From assembly GCA_963734635.1 (NCBI GenBank), contig CAVTIA010000014.1, positions 720,192 through 784,191 of the forward strand: 64,000 nt of DNA. Reading direction: 5' to 3'. The DNA is from an uncultured Acidobacteriota bacterium (lineage in GTDB: Bacteria; Acidobacteriota; Vicinamibacteria; Vicinamibacterales; UBA2999). The notes under the pieces were generated by a model, which searched no databases, had not been told where the DNA came from, and saw only the letters and a list, made by a program, of their open reading frames with translations. A program made the translations under genes and the position numbers. Positions 38,368-48,699 of the stretch are shown here, one piece after another; position 1 is the stretch's first letter; the number at the start of each line of letters is the position of its first letter.

Positions 38368-40650
38368 TTACCGCGTCGCCGTCGCCGCCGTCGTCACTCT
38401 GACCGGCTGCACCATGGCGCCGTTGCCCGCCGTGTCCCATGCGGCAAATCGGACCCACTTCTTGCCCGTGGCGTCGAACGGAATCTCGAAGCGCTTCCGG
38501 CCAAGCGGCGCGAGCTCTGTGGCGGGGATGATCTGGCGATCGATCTTGGCGCCGTCGCCCCACACGACCTCGACGAACTCGAGCGGGAACGTCCATTCGA
38601 GATCGGCCACGATCGTGCGCTTGGCTCCTGCACCCTGCACCGCGTAGTTGGATATGAGCACTTCGCCCGACGTCCAGAAGTAGTCGCCACGCTTGACCGA
38701 ATCGATGATCGAGTCCCAATTGCCGCTGCTTGCGAGCGGGAGGGTGTCGAGCTTCACGTACTGCACCGGGCTGTTGGCGTAGAAGTCGTCGCCCGGCCCC
38801 TGCTCGTACGTTTCGGTGATCGCCTGGATGTATTTGAGCTGGCCCGGCTTGTCGGCCATCCAGTTGTTCATCTCGTCCAACAGCGTCTGGCAGCGGATCT
38901 CGCACAGGCGCTGCTCAGAGCCGTCGAGGCCCATGCCCCATCGGACGCCGATGCCGCGGTAGTTGTCGTCGATGAAGTAGCCGCGATCCTTGATGGCGTC
39001 CGGATAACCTGTCGACCCCTTTGATCGGGGATGCGGCATGAAGATCAGCAGGTTCTCGCGGCGGACCATCTCCATCATCTCGTCAGGTCCGGCGATTCGA
39101 TAGACCTTGCCGTATGTCGGGTGATTCTCGACGAACGGCTGATCCGGCTTGCGATCCGGCAGCCAGTAGACCGGCTTGGAGACCAGCAGATCGTTGTGGC
39201 CGCCGATGCCCCCAGCCGCCCCTTCTTCGTTCGGCATAATCAGAAAGTTCTTGTCCGAATGGCGTCTCGCGACTTCGTAGTAATCGGCGAGCGTCTTGAG
39301 ACGGTCTTCGCGCGGAAGACCAAAGCCAAGCCCGCTGCCGTCAATGGGCGCGAAGATATTGACGCCCGCCGCCTTGACGACGTCGAAGTCGTGAAGGCGT
39401 ACGTCGAGGCTGCCACCCTGTCGTCGCAACCGGCCCACCAGCGCTGAGTGAAAGTGGGTGGCCATCACCTGATAGCCTGGCAGCGGTTTGAACTTGTCGT
39501 CGCGGGTAAATGCCAGCGCTCCCCTGGCCGCGCCATCGGCGGGCGTAGCGCTCACGTACAAGTAGACCGGCATCCGCTGCCACGTGCCCGGCCGCGCGCT
39601 GCGCAGCGCGAAGTTCTGCCGCGTGTCCTCTGCACCGCGACCCATGTCCTCGGGGCTCGATTCCGCTTCCGGCTGTCTGACGCCGAACGAATAGCTCGAC
39701 GCGCCGTCCTTGCGGTAGTAGACGTAGCCCTGGTTGAACGAGACCTCGCGCGACCAGAAGAAGTTGTGAGGCGGCGGGAACGCGGCAATCGAGCCCGCGG
39801 CTCCTTCGGCGACGACGAGCCGGTTCTGCGCGCGGAGCGGCACGATGTCAGTGTTCTGTGCACCACCGAATCGGTAGTCCTGCCAGATGTTCGACACGTC
39901 GCGCCACGCGACGCGCGACGCCGCGTCGATTCGCAGCCCCTTGAGTCCGCCTTCGTACTTGTAAGCTACCGAGTCGACGTCGGTCTTGGCGATTACCTCC
40001 TGCTCGATGAGGTTGGTGCCTCGGTAGATCGAGTATTGCAGGCGGCCATTGAACACTCCAAGCTGCACTCCGTCGAAGCTGACCTCCAGGCGCGCTCCAT
40101 TCGTCTTGACGTCGCAGCCGCGCGCGGCATAGGCGGCGGTCGCGCGCTTGATCTCCTCCGGTTTTCGCGGGAGGGCCGGCTGATCGAGAAGCCCCTTCGG
40201 GGGAGGAATCGCATTCATCCGCGTGTTTTCGAGCGGCTCTGTATTGAGCGGCGCGTCCCAGAAGGCGTCCCACTTGATGCTGTCGATCAACTCCTTCGTC
40301 AGTTCGACCTTCAGGCCGCGCAGCGGCTGGAGCTGCTGCTCGGTGACCCGGCGGACACCGCTGACCACGCGGTAATCCGGCGTGACACCCGTAGCGACGA
40401 CCTTCCAGTCCCCCCGCTGCGGCCGCACGGCGAGCTCCGCGATCGTCGGAACTCCGCTCATCACGGTCATCCGCAGTCTGACCTGTTGTCCGGAGTCGCC
40501 GTCCCATGTGACCGTCAGCGCATCGTTTGCAACGGTGGCGGTCAGGCCGGGAGCTGGACGGTAGTCGCTCAGATTGCAGGTGAGCGGATCTGCGGATGCC
40601 GCAGCAGACGTGAACAGCAGCATGGCGACTGTCGCGAAGGGTGCTCTCAT
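38368..40650 (-). CDS. large secreted hypothetical protein (760 aa)
   Basis: Signal peptide MRAPFATVAMLLFTSAAASA; long uninterrupted ORF with coding-like composition; no motif I can name. Confidence 0.6.
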   Translation of the reverse strand: MRAPFATVAMLLFTSAAASADPLTCNLSDYRPAPGLTATVANDALTVTWDGDSGQQVRLRMTVMSGVPTIAELAVRPQRGDWKVVATGVTPDYRVVSGVRRVTEQQLQPLRGLKVELTKELIDSIKWDAFWDAPLNTEPLENTRMNAIPPPKGLLDQPALPRKPEEIKRATAAYAARGCDVKTNGARLEVSFDGVQLGVFNGRLQYSIYRGTNLIEQEVIAKTDVDSVAYKYEGGLKGLRIDAASRVAWRDVSNIWQDYRFGGAQNTDIVPLRAQNRLVVAEGAAGSIAAFPPPHNFFWSREVSFNQGYVYYRKDGASSYSFGVRQPEAESSPEDMGRGAEDTRQNFALRSARPGTWQRMPVYLYVSATPADGAARGALAFTRDDKFKPLPGYQVMATHFHSALVGRLRRQGGSLDVRLHDFDVVKAAGVNIFAPIDGSGLGFGLPREDRLKTLADYYEVARRHSDKNFLIMPNEEGAAGGIGGHNDLLVSKPVYWLPDRKPDQPFVENHPTYGKVYRIAGPDEMMEMVRRENLLIFMPHPRSKGSTGYPDAIKDRGYFIDDNYRGIGVRWGMGLDGSEQRLCEIRCQTLLDEMNNWMADKPGQLKYIQAITETYEQGPGDDFYANSPVQYVKLDTLPLASSGNWDSIIDSVKRGDYFWTSGEVLISNYAVQGAGAKRTIVADLEWTFPLEFVEVVWGDGAKIDRQIIPATELAPLGRKRFEIPFDATGKKWVRFAAWDTAGNGAMVQPVRVTTAATATR

Positions 40651-40670
40651 CGGGATCTCCAGCGTGAGCC

Positions 40671-40715
40671 AGTCAGTAAGTCAAAAGTCAAAAGTCAGAA
40701 GTGAAAAGTTAAAGG
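40671..40715. repeat. AAAGTC word-repeat tract
   Basis: AGTCAGTAAGTCAAAAGTCAAAAGTCAGAAGTGAAAAGTTAAAGG, about 7-nt period, unusually AT-rich for this DNA. Confidence 0.5.
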
Positions 40716-40722
40716 AAGCGTT

Positions 40723-42273
40723 CTACCGTGTGGTCGTAATCACCTCTTCCGGCACGCACGAGAAGTTCGCCTCATCATCGGTGCTGCCGGTTCCCTTCCA
40801 GCGCGCGACCTCGCCAAACGGACAGAGTGGGCGTGTGCGGTCCACTTTTCCGTCTCTTATTCGTGAGGCAACGAGGCGCGTTGGTTTCTGGCCTTGCTCA
40901 ACCCACTGTTCTATGGCGGCCATCCGGTCGAAACGGTCAGGGCCCGGACCGCCCTGGCAGTGATACACACCCGGCATCATGAACAAGGCTATCGACGCAT
41001 CGGCCTGTGATCCGACAGTGGTCAGGACGTTGCGGAAATACATTGTGCTGTTCTGCGGCGTGACCTGCGGGTCGGCCCAGCCGTGCCACATCAACAGCTT
41101 GCCCCCACGGTCGAAGAACGGCTTCAGGTTCGCGTCGTCTGATGCGAGCAGGCCATTGTCGGCGCGGGTTGCGGTCTCCATGTCCGTCGCAACATTGAAT
41201 CGCGCCGGATTCCATGACCGGTCGAACGCGACGTTCTTCAGCGCGGTGACCGCGTTGTTCAGAGGTTCCGGACCGCCGATGGTGTCCCACTCGAGCTCGG
41301 CTCCCGGCCAGAGGTGTCCCTCGAAGAGAACTGCCCCTGTCGAAGGGTGCCGGACCGGAGAGAGCATGGCCTTCGCCGATTGAATCTGAGGCGCAGTGAG
41401 GCACGAGGGGCTGTCGCCGTCCTTGCATGCGAGCACCTGCGGGTCGAAGGTGCACTTCGTGGGATTCTCAATGACGCCGTCTTTCACCCCGTCGAGGCCG
41501 TCACATGCCTGCAGCACCGCCTCGTGAATCATCGGATACTTCGACGCGGGAATCGCGCTCCCGGGCGCGCGATTCATCGCCTGGTTCACCGCGAGACGCC
41601 CGGCGTGCATTCGCATGGAGTTCCACGCGGAGGCGCCCGCGACAATCCCGTCGAAGTCCTGCGGATATCGCTGTGCGGCGGTGATGCCCTGTCGGCCTCC
41701 CTGCGAACATCCATTGAAGTACCAGTACCGCGGCGCACTGCCGTAGAACGCGGGGACCACCGCCTTTGCCGCCGCGGTCATTTCGTGAATCGCGCGATAG
41801 GCAAAATCAATGAGCTTCTCTGGATGTCCCGGTGCGAAGTCCGCATTGTTGCCCATGTGGCCGGTGTCGGTTCCAACGGTCGCGTAGCCGGCAGCGAGTG
41901 CTGCAGCCATCGACGGATACGGAATGGTGCCGGCCCAGCCGCCGTTGCCAACCGCTTGCAGCCGCTCGTTCCAGCCGGACGCGGGGAGCCACACCTCGAC
42001 CTTGATGTCGGAATCGGGACTGGGCGTCAGTGAGGCCGCGATCCGACAGAACGACGGAAGCGCGGCGTACGCCCGGGCCGCGGCGGCAGGCGGTGGGTTT
42101 CCTGGCGGTGTGAACTGACCGGCGGCGATGGTTTCTGCCGCCGTGATCTTTGTGTCAGGGAGCGTGAGGCGGAGGAGCTCCTCGCACGTAGCGGCCCGAG
42201 CCGGAGACGCCGACGCAATCGCGAAGGCCCCGGCCAACACCATGGCAAATGTGGTCCTCACGATTGACTCCAT
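40723..42273 (-). CDS. tannase/feruloyl-esterase-family alpha/beta hydrolase, secreted
   Basis: FNGCSQGGRQGITAAQRYPQDFDGIVAGASAWN is the family's nucleophile block; 516 aa with signal peptide. Confidence 0.8.
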   Translation of the reverse strand: MESIVRTTFAMVLAGAFAIASASPARAATCEELLRLTLPDTKITAAETIAAGQFTPPGNPPPAAAARAYAALPSFCRIAASLTPSPDSDIKVEVWLPASGWNERLQAVGNGGWAGTIPYPSMAAALAAGYATVGTDTGHMGNNADFAPGHPEKLIDFAYRAIHEMTAAAKAVVPAFYGSAPRYWYFNGCSQGGRQGITAAQRYPQDFDGIVAGASAWNSMRMHAGRLAVNQAMNRAPGSAIPASKYPMIHEAVLQACDGLDGVKDGVIENPTKCTFDPQVLACKDGDSPSCLTAPQIQSAKAMLSPVRHPSTGAVLFEGHLWPGAELEWDTIGGPEPLNNAVTALKNVAFDRSWNPARFNVATDMETATRADNGLLASDDANLKPFFDRGGKLLMWHGWADPQVTPQNSTMYFRNVLTTVGSQADASIALFMMPGVYHCQGGPGPDRFDRMAAIEQWVEQGQKPTRLVASRIRDGKVDRTRPLCPFGEVARWKGTGSTDDEANFSCVPEEVITTTR

Positions 42274-42278
42274 AAGAA

Positions 42279-42370
42279 GTAGGCAGTAGGCGGTAGGCGG
42301 TAGCGTAGGCAGTCGACGGTAGCGTTTCTGCCACGGACTACGAACTACGACCTACCACCTACCGACTAAC
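42279..42370. repeat. GGTAGGC word-repeat palindrome
   Basis: Left GTAGGCAGTAGGCGGTAGGCGGTAGCGTAGGCAG; right CTACGAACTACGACCTACCACCTACCGACTAACC is its approximate reverse complement. Confidence 0.6.
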
Positions 42371-42375
42371 CGAGT

Positions 42376-44545
42376 TCAGCGCGCCAGTGGATCCGGACGC
42401 ATCTGGAACTTGTACACCTTCGGCAGCGTGCCCTTCCCGCCTTCGATGTGCCACGGTGTTCGGTTCGCAGACGTCGTCCAGAGTCCGCGTCCCTTCCAGC
42501 CAGCGCGTGGATCGTCGATGCGGCCATCGATCTGCTTCACGAAGAAGCCGATCGGGTATGGCACGCGCGCCACGGCCCACTTGCCGTTCTGGAGTACGAG
42601 CAGCGCGTCGGAGAGGTTGCCGGTTGCGATTGGAACGTTCTTCCCGGCGCCCAGCGAGTCGTACTTGTCCACCCAGTTGTAGTAGTTGGAGTCCGCGGCG
42701 CCCGATTCTGGGCTGCCACCCTTGAAATTCGGACCTGGCACCGTGTAGAAGGACCACCCCTCCTTGCACTGCTTGCCGGTGGCATTCGGCCCGTTCAACG
42801 GTGCTTTGCACTTGCGTCGATCGAAGCTGGCGTAGTGCCCGCTGGCCAGCACGGTCCAGACGACGCCGTTCCCGTCGACGTCCAAGCCGCGAGGCTGATA
42901 CACATGCTGTCCTGGCACCTGTCCGGTACGGCACCTCGTAGATCTCCGCGAGCGTCGTCGTTGGCGGATTCGATCCGAGCGAGACTCGAACGATGGCGCC
43001 CGGCATTTCGTTGGCGTCGCCCCAAATCGCTCCGTCGGACGGGCTGACCGCGATCGCGTAGAAGCTGGTATCGATCCGCTTGTCCTTGGTCGGATCGACT
43101 GCGGCATCGGGCTCTACCCACGCATCCTGCTTGCCGTTGCCGTTGGTGTCGAGAATGAGCGGTGCCCAGCCTTGTGCCTTCTGCGGGTCGCGCGACTCGT
43201 CGAGCACCTTCGTATTGACCCAGCCCACGACGCCGCCGTTGCCCGACCAGATCGTGTTGTTGGCATCGTGCGCGAAGTTCAGGTGGAAGGTGCCGAAGCA
43301 CGTGTCAACGATGGTCCACTGCTTCGTCGCCGGGTCGTAAACCGTGTACTGCCGTCCGCTGTTGTTGAGCGGGAACAGTTTGGCCGACGGATGCGTCGAG
43401 CCCTCTTTGCAGAAGGCCGGCTGCGCGGCGGGGGCGCGAGTACGCGTGGTGTTCCAGGTGCGTCCCTTCTGGTCCATCACGTTGCTGTGTCCGATGACCC
43501 GGCTCGTCCAGTAGATCTCCTCACCCCAGTACGGCGAGGCAACACCGATCTTGGACGGCTGCGGCTGCAGCTTTTCGTCGAGCACAGGGATCTTCACCTG
43601 CGTGAACTTGTGCTGCATCGGATCCAGGATCGTCATGTTGTCCGAGCTGTTCTCGTGCACGCCGTAGACTGGCCCGTTCGCATTCACCGTTGGATTGCGC
43701 TTGTCGCTCGCGACGGCGTCGTGGAAGTACTCGCGATCCGTCGCCCAATCCCAGACTGTGACGACGAAGTTCCGTTCGACGCCCTGCGGCCGCGGCGGCG
43801 CCTGCGGGAGCTCGCCGCCGGCAACCCGGTCGGTCCAGTCGGCGAACATCTTGAGCACGCGATCACGGCCGAATCGGTTCGTGTTCGCGTACATGCCCGC
43901 GCCGCCATCGATCCCGGCCTGCAGCCGGTGATTCCAGGCCTCGACCGAGTTCCCGAACTTGCCGAGGTTCTGCGGCATCTCACGCGTCGCCTTGTTGCCC
44001 ATCTGGTGGCACGGCGTGCAGGTGGACGTCTTGATGTTGTTGATCCACATCGCCTGGCTGCGCATCGCCTCGGAAATGCCGTTCCCCTTGGCGCCGGTGC
44101 CGGGGAACTCGCTCTTGTCCGGCGGCTGCACGAGTGCATACCAGTAGTTGGCCGGGTAGTATTCGGCCGCGGCACGCGGGTTCGGCGCGAGCGTCGCCGT
44201 CAGGTTCACTGTCCGGCCAGGAGCGCTCATCGTCTTCGCCGAATCGACGAGGCCGTAGCCGCGGACCCACACGTTGTAATTGCCTTTAGGCAGGTCCGGG
44301 ATCACGTATCGGCCGCGATCGTCGGTGACGACGATGCGAGCCATCTTCGTCGGCAGATCCGTGGTTTCCGCAATCACCCAGACGCCGGCTTCGGGACCTT
44401 TCGTGCTGGTCACGACGCCGCCGATATCATCACTGTCGATGCGAGGGGCATTGCCGCCCTGTGCGGTCGCCCTCGTCATTGATACGGCGAGGAATGCTGC
44501 GAGCGCCAGGCCGAGCACCCCCAGGGACAAGGTCCGTCTCTTCAT
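42376..44545 (-). pseudogene. CarboxypepD_reg-like + CXXCH + beta-propeller secreted protein (paralog of 26009..27721); apparent 1-nt indel at 42905-42935
   Basis: ATG 44545 preceded by AGGAGGGAG; GGVVTSTKGPEAGVWVIAE...DDRGRYVI; TCTPCH. ...AEIYEVPY switches to ...HVYQPRGLDVDGNGVVW in the 42376..43107 frame; 2170 nt = 3n+1. Confidence 0.7.
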
Positions 44546-44645
44546 CGTGGCTCCCTCCTGCCTGTTTATCCGCCTCCGCCAGCGTCGGGGAAGTCGGGCG
44601 ATCCGCGATTTTATCCCTAAACCGGTTTCATCACTCACTCACGCA

Positions 44646-44689
44646 CCCCAGGCACCTCTAGGCGCCCCAGGCACTTCAGGCACCTAACC
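44646..44689. repeat. AGGCACC word-repeat tract
   Basis: CCCCAGGCACCTCTAGGCGCCCCAGGCACTTCAGGCACCTAACC; the same words occur at 47246..47283. Confidence 0.55.
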
Positions 44690-44723
44690 ATGAGGGCTCA
44701 GAACCGGAGCAGACGGGTGACGG

Positions 44724-46339
44724 TTATCTCGCGAACACGTACACGGCGCCTGACTCATCCACCGAGTTGTCGGCCTGATTGCCGTTGACGCCGGTGGCCC
44801 CGCTGTCTTCGCCGCGGGCGCCGACTGCGAGAGTCCGGCCGTCGCGGCTGAGCGCGACGGATCCTCCGAACTCGTCGTACGCCTGCGTGTTCGAGCCTTT
44901 CATGTATGCCTGCTGCGCCCACATCGCGCCAGAACGCGCGAACAGGTAGACAGCCCCGGCCTCCTCACCGGATTCATCCTTCTGGTTGCCGTTGATGCCT
45001 TGCGCCGCGCTGTCTTCGTTCTGCGCGCCGGCGACCAGCGTGTTGCCGTCGCCGCTCAGCGCCAGCCGAACGCCGAACCAGTCGTTCTGTCCGGTATTCG
45101 ACGCTTTGATGTAGGCCTGCTGCGTCCAGGTGGTGCCAGTGCGCACGAAGATTGCCACTGCGCCGGCAGACTGGTTGGCCTTCTGGTCGGCCGCTCCGGT
45201 GTCGGACGGGGCATTGACGACACCTGTGCACAGACAATCCTCGTCGATGGATCCCATAGCCAGCGTGTTGCCGTCGTCGCTGATCGCCACCGACACTCCC
45301 CACGAATCGCCGCCTTCCGAGTTCCACGTCTTCAGGTACCCTTCGCGCGTCCACGTCGAGCCTTTGCGGACGAGGACGTATACGGCGCCGGATCCATTGC
45401 GCATCGTATCGATCGGAGCGTTTACGCTTCTGCCGGATCCGCCCTCGTCGTACACGCCGATCGCGAGCGTGTTGCCGTCGGCATTGAGCGCGAGGGAGTA
45501 GCCGAACTGATCGCCTGCGGTGCCCATCGGCGGCGCTTCTGACTTGATGTAGGCCTGCTGGGTCCATGCAGTTCCGCTGCGCGCGTAGAGGTACACGGCA
45601 CCAGCGGTGAGCGCGGACTCGTCCTTCTGGTTCCCGTTGATCCCGCTCGCGTTGCTATCTTCGCTTGGCGCGCCCACCGCGAGCGTGTTGCCGTCGTCGC
45701 TGAGTGCGACGGAGAAGCCGAACTGATCACCTTCGCCCGGAAGGTCGCCTTCGCCCGCATTGCCCGTGTTCGACGCCTTGATGTACGCCTGCTGCGTCCA
45801 GGTGTTGCCGCGCCGCGTGAACACGTACGACCGCGCCGGCCTGAGGAATCGAATTGTCTGTCCTGGTTGCCGTTCACCCCTGTTGCGCCGCCCGACTCCC
45901 AGAACGCGCCGACCGCCATGGTGTTGCCGTCAGCGCTCAGCGCAACGACGTTGCCGAAGTGGTCGCCGTTTCCCGCGTTGGAGGCTTTCACGTACGCCTG
46001 TTGTGTCCAGGTCCCACCGTTGCGGGTGAAGACGTAGACGGCGCCGGAATTGTAGGCATCGTCATTCGTTTGATTGCCGTTAACTCCGCGCGCGCTGCTG
46101 CTCTCGTGCTGCGCGCCGACGGCGATGGTATTGCCGTCGCCGCTGACGGCAACGGCGTTGCCAATGTGGCCGTCGAGCGCTCCGCCTTCGCCGAAGTGAT
46201 CGAACATGCCCGGGTTCGACGCCTTGATGTATGCGATCTGTTTCGGGATTCCCGGCCCCTGTGCGACGACCACCGGTGCAAGGATGGCTAGAACGGACGA
46301 ACAGCAAACGAGCGCGGCCGCGAGAAACCTCGGGCTCAT
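44724..46339 (-). pseudogene. FG-GAP/integrin-like repeat protein (third paralog); two apparent 1-nt insertions about 32 nt apart (near 45860 and 45828)
   Basis: ATG 46339 and signal peptide FLAAALVCCSSVLAILAPVVVAQG. GVNGNQD | DNSIPQAGAV | YVFTRRGNTW needs three successive frames; 1616 nt = 3n+2. Confidence 0.7.
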
Positions 46340-46535
46340 GAATGCCTCCGACTGGACCGCTATGCGGCTCGAAAACCCGCGAATCTTGTACTCGTTATGA
46401 ATCCGCATAGCGGTCCTGGGCGCGCGGAGCGCACCAAGAAGACGCTGCCAATCAGCCAAGGGCATTCTCGCCGGAAATCAAGGGCAGGCCCTTGGCTGGG
46501 TGGATGATGACGAAAGGCGGATTGTACAGAAATCA

Positions 46536-46561
46536 GGCCACAGAATCACAGAGACACAGAG
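46536..46561. repeat. word-repeat tract, reverse complement of the GTGTCTC words
   Basis: GGCCACAGAATCACAGAGACACAGAG. Confidence 0.55.
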
Positions 46562-46603
46562 CGAACGTTGCCCTGTATCTCGGGGCTTCTGCGGCCCGTA
46601 CAT

Positions 46604-46651
46604 CCGGAAGCTCTGAAGGATTCCGGAGACTCGGAAGCCTGAAGCTTCCGG
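46604..46651. repeat. two small hairpins with CTGAAG cores (REP-like)
   Basis: CCGGAAGCTCTGAAGGATTCCGG and CGGAAGCCTGAAGCTTCCG. Confidence 0.5.
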
Positions 46652-47068
46652 CTACTGCGCGTTCGGCGCCGGCTGTCCGTAGTTCGCGTTCTGCATCACC
46701 ACCTTGCCCGAATCGGCGAGGATGACGCGCGCGCGCTCGGTGAGGTTCATGTACGGCGCGCCGCTCTTCAGCCGTCGGCCGGTCAGTGTCACCTTCGTTC
46801 CAGGCTTCACATCGTTGGTCCAGCCGCTCTTAATGAGCTGCTGCGCGCCCCCCATCTCAGCCTGCCAGCGTACGTTCTTTCCTTCGGTGGCCACGTCGAG
46901 CACGAGAATCGAGTGGGGGTTGACCAGCTGTGTCTCGACGACGGTTCCCGTGATCTCTAGGACCTCTTCGATGTAGCGGCCCGCATCGCCGTGGTGCGCC
47001 CATGCGGCGCCCGAAAGGACGAGAGAGCCAACGGCCATACCAACCGCAAAAATTAGAGTCTTCTTCAC
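46652..47068 (-). CDS. DUF6152-like small secreted protein
   Basis: GTG 47068 preceded by AGGAGGGG; signal peptide ...SGAAWA|HHGDAGRY; LVNPHSILVLDV block. Confidence 0.75.
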   Translation of the reverse strand: MKKTLIFAVGMAVGSLVLSGAAWAHHGDAGRYIEEVLEITGTVVETQLVNPHSILVLDVATEGKNVRWQAEMGGAQQLIKSGWTNDVKPGTKVTLTGRRLKSGAPYMNLTERARVILADSGKVVMQNANYGQPAPNAQ

Positions 47069-47245
47069 TGCCAATCCCCTCCTGCCGGTGCAAGACACGC
47101 GTTCGAAGGGAGCCTGTCTGCCGACTGTTTTCACTATACTCTCCGGCCGCCTCGGCAGCAAACTACAATGCGTGAGTGCCTGTAGTGCTTGACGGTCTTA
47201 ACGTGCCCGGGCCCGGCGTGCCAAAACGTGCGAACGTGGCTAAAC

Positions 47246-47283
47246 GTGCCTGAGCACTCAGGCACCTTAGGCGCCTAGGCACC
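47246..47283. repeat. AGGCACC word-repeat tract
   Basis: GTGCCTGAGCACTCAGGCACCTTAGGCGCCTAGGCACC; overlaps the annotated 3' end of 47267..48448. Confidence 0.55.
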
Positions 47284-48448
47284 TTGTAGCGTTAATACGG
47301 CTTCGGCGGTCCCGGTCCGCGTATCGCGTCGCGTCGATCGTCACGTTCGCCTGCACGTCGCTCAACTCGAAGTTCGACCGTCCGTCGAGCCAGGTCATCG
47401 TCCATTTGAACGGAAGCTTGACGCCAGCCACGTCGCGGAAATCAGAGTAGTCCATCTGAACCGGCAGACGTCCCACCGGAGAAGGGGTCGACCGGACGAC
47501 GCGTGTCAGCAGGCCTGTTTCTTCATCGAAGTACAGCGTCACGAGCGCGGCACCTTTGTTTCCTTGAACCGCCAGCACCGTCCGGTCGTTGATGAAATCG
47601 CTGCTGGAACGCGTGTTCGTCAACGCCCCTTTGATGTTGGCGGGAAACATCAGCTCTGCGTCGGCTCTGGCCGAGTCGAGCTCTGCACCATGTAGCTCCA
47701 TGACCGCAACAGGCTTGAACGGTGCCGAAACCCAGCTGGCTGTTCCACTGAAGATGGTCGTATTGTCGCCTGCTTCCTTGTCGCGGACGATCACGGCTCT
47801 CTGATTCGGCGCCTTCGCGTAGATTTCCACCGGGCGCGGGAAGCCTTCGGGCCCGTAGCCGGAATAGGTTCCCTTCGCCGTGTAGCTGGTGAGCTTCGCG
47901 ACACGATCCGCACCTCCGACCGCCTGCAGGTACTTGTCGAGGATCTGGGCTGCCGTTGGCGTCCCCGGGGGTCCCGGTGCCAGCATCACGTCGAGCTCGT
48001 CGAGCTGTGGCGTGCCATAGAGCATCACGAGACTCGGGGTGACTTTGGGCCGGTTGCTGCCGCGGTGGCAGGAGAAGCAGGTCACAACCTGACGTCCGCC
48101 GAAGTACTGCTTGTTGATTTCGGTCATGATCGTGACCATGCGGCGGGCCGTCTGCTTCCGCGGGCTGACGTCCTTGGCGTAATTCGCCCAGTCGTTGGAT
48201 GACGCGGTGTGGCAGTCCTCGCATGAGAACCCGAGCGCTGCCGAAAACACGCCCATCGTTCCCATGAACTCGTCCACCGGGATGCCGCGAAGCACAGTGA
48301 CGTTCTTGAACACGTTTTCCGCCAACAGCTGGCTCTGTGCCGCCGGTTGAACGGAGCCGGCCTGACCGCTGACGAACGCCACGGCCGTCGCCCACACGAC
48401 AGCCGTGCCCACGGCACTCCAGACAATCTGTCTCGATCCAAACCTCAT
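47267..48448 (-). CDS. secreted c-type cytochrome (reaction-centre cytochrome-c-subunit-like N-domain) with an additional C-terminal domain
   Basis: VFKNVTVLRGIPVDEFMGTMGVFSAALGFSCEDCH and VVTCFSCHRG. The last ~20 codons (RDRRSRINATRCLGA) look non-native; an alternative frame ends ...GPGPPKPY at TAA 47292, so the 3' end is uncertain. Confidence 0.7.
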   Translation of the reverse strand: MRFGSRQIVWSAVGTAVVWATAVAFVSGQAGSVQPAAQSQLLAENVFKNVTVLRGIPVDEFMGTMGVFSAALGFSCEDCHTASSNDWANYAKDVSPRKQTARRMVTIMTEINKQYFGGRQVVTCFSCHRGSNRPKVTPSLVMLYGTPQLDELDVMLAPGPPGTPTAAQILDKYLQAVGGADRVAKLTSYTAKGTYSGYGPEGFPRPVEIYAKAPNQRAVIVRDKEAGDNTTIFSGTASWVSAPFKPVAVMELHGAELDSARADAELMFPANIKGALTNTRSSSDFINDRTVLAVQGNKGAALVTLYFDEETGLLTRVVRSTPSPVGRLPVQMDYSDFRDVAGVKLPFKWTMTWLDGRSNFELSDVQANVTIDATRYADRDRRSRINATRCLGA

Positions 48449-48699
48449 GTCGCCTCCGATACGATCGTTCCCATTCTCCAGTACGATCTACTTTGCCCGA
48501 AGAGGGGCAGTTTACCCCGTGTTTTCAAGGGGGCAAAGGCTGCGCCAGTCCGAATGTAATGGCCCGTCTGAAGAAGGCGCGCGATGGCGTTCGGTCGGTG
48601 CGGCTTTTTTCGCACGCAGGCCGGAATTCCTCCCGCGAGCCACAGAGAACACAACCCTGCCCTCGGCTGGTTTATGATGGCCCCCGCACCGGAGGTGTT

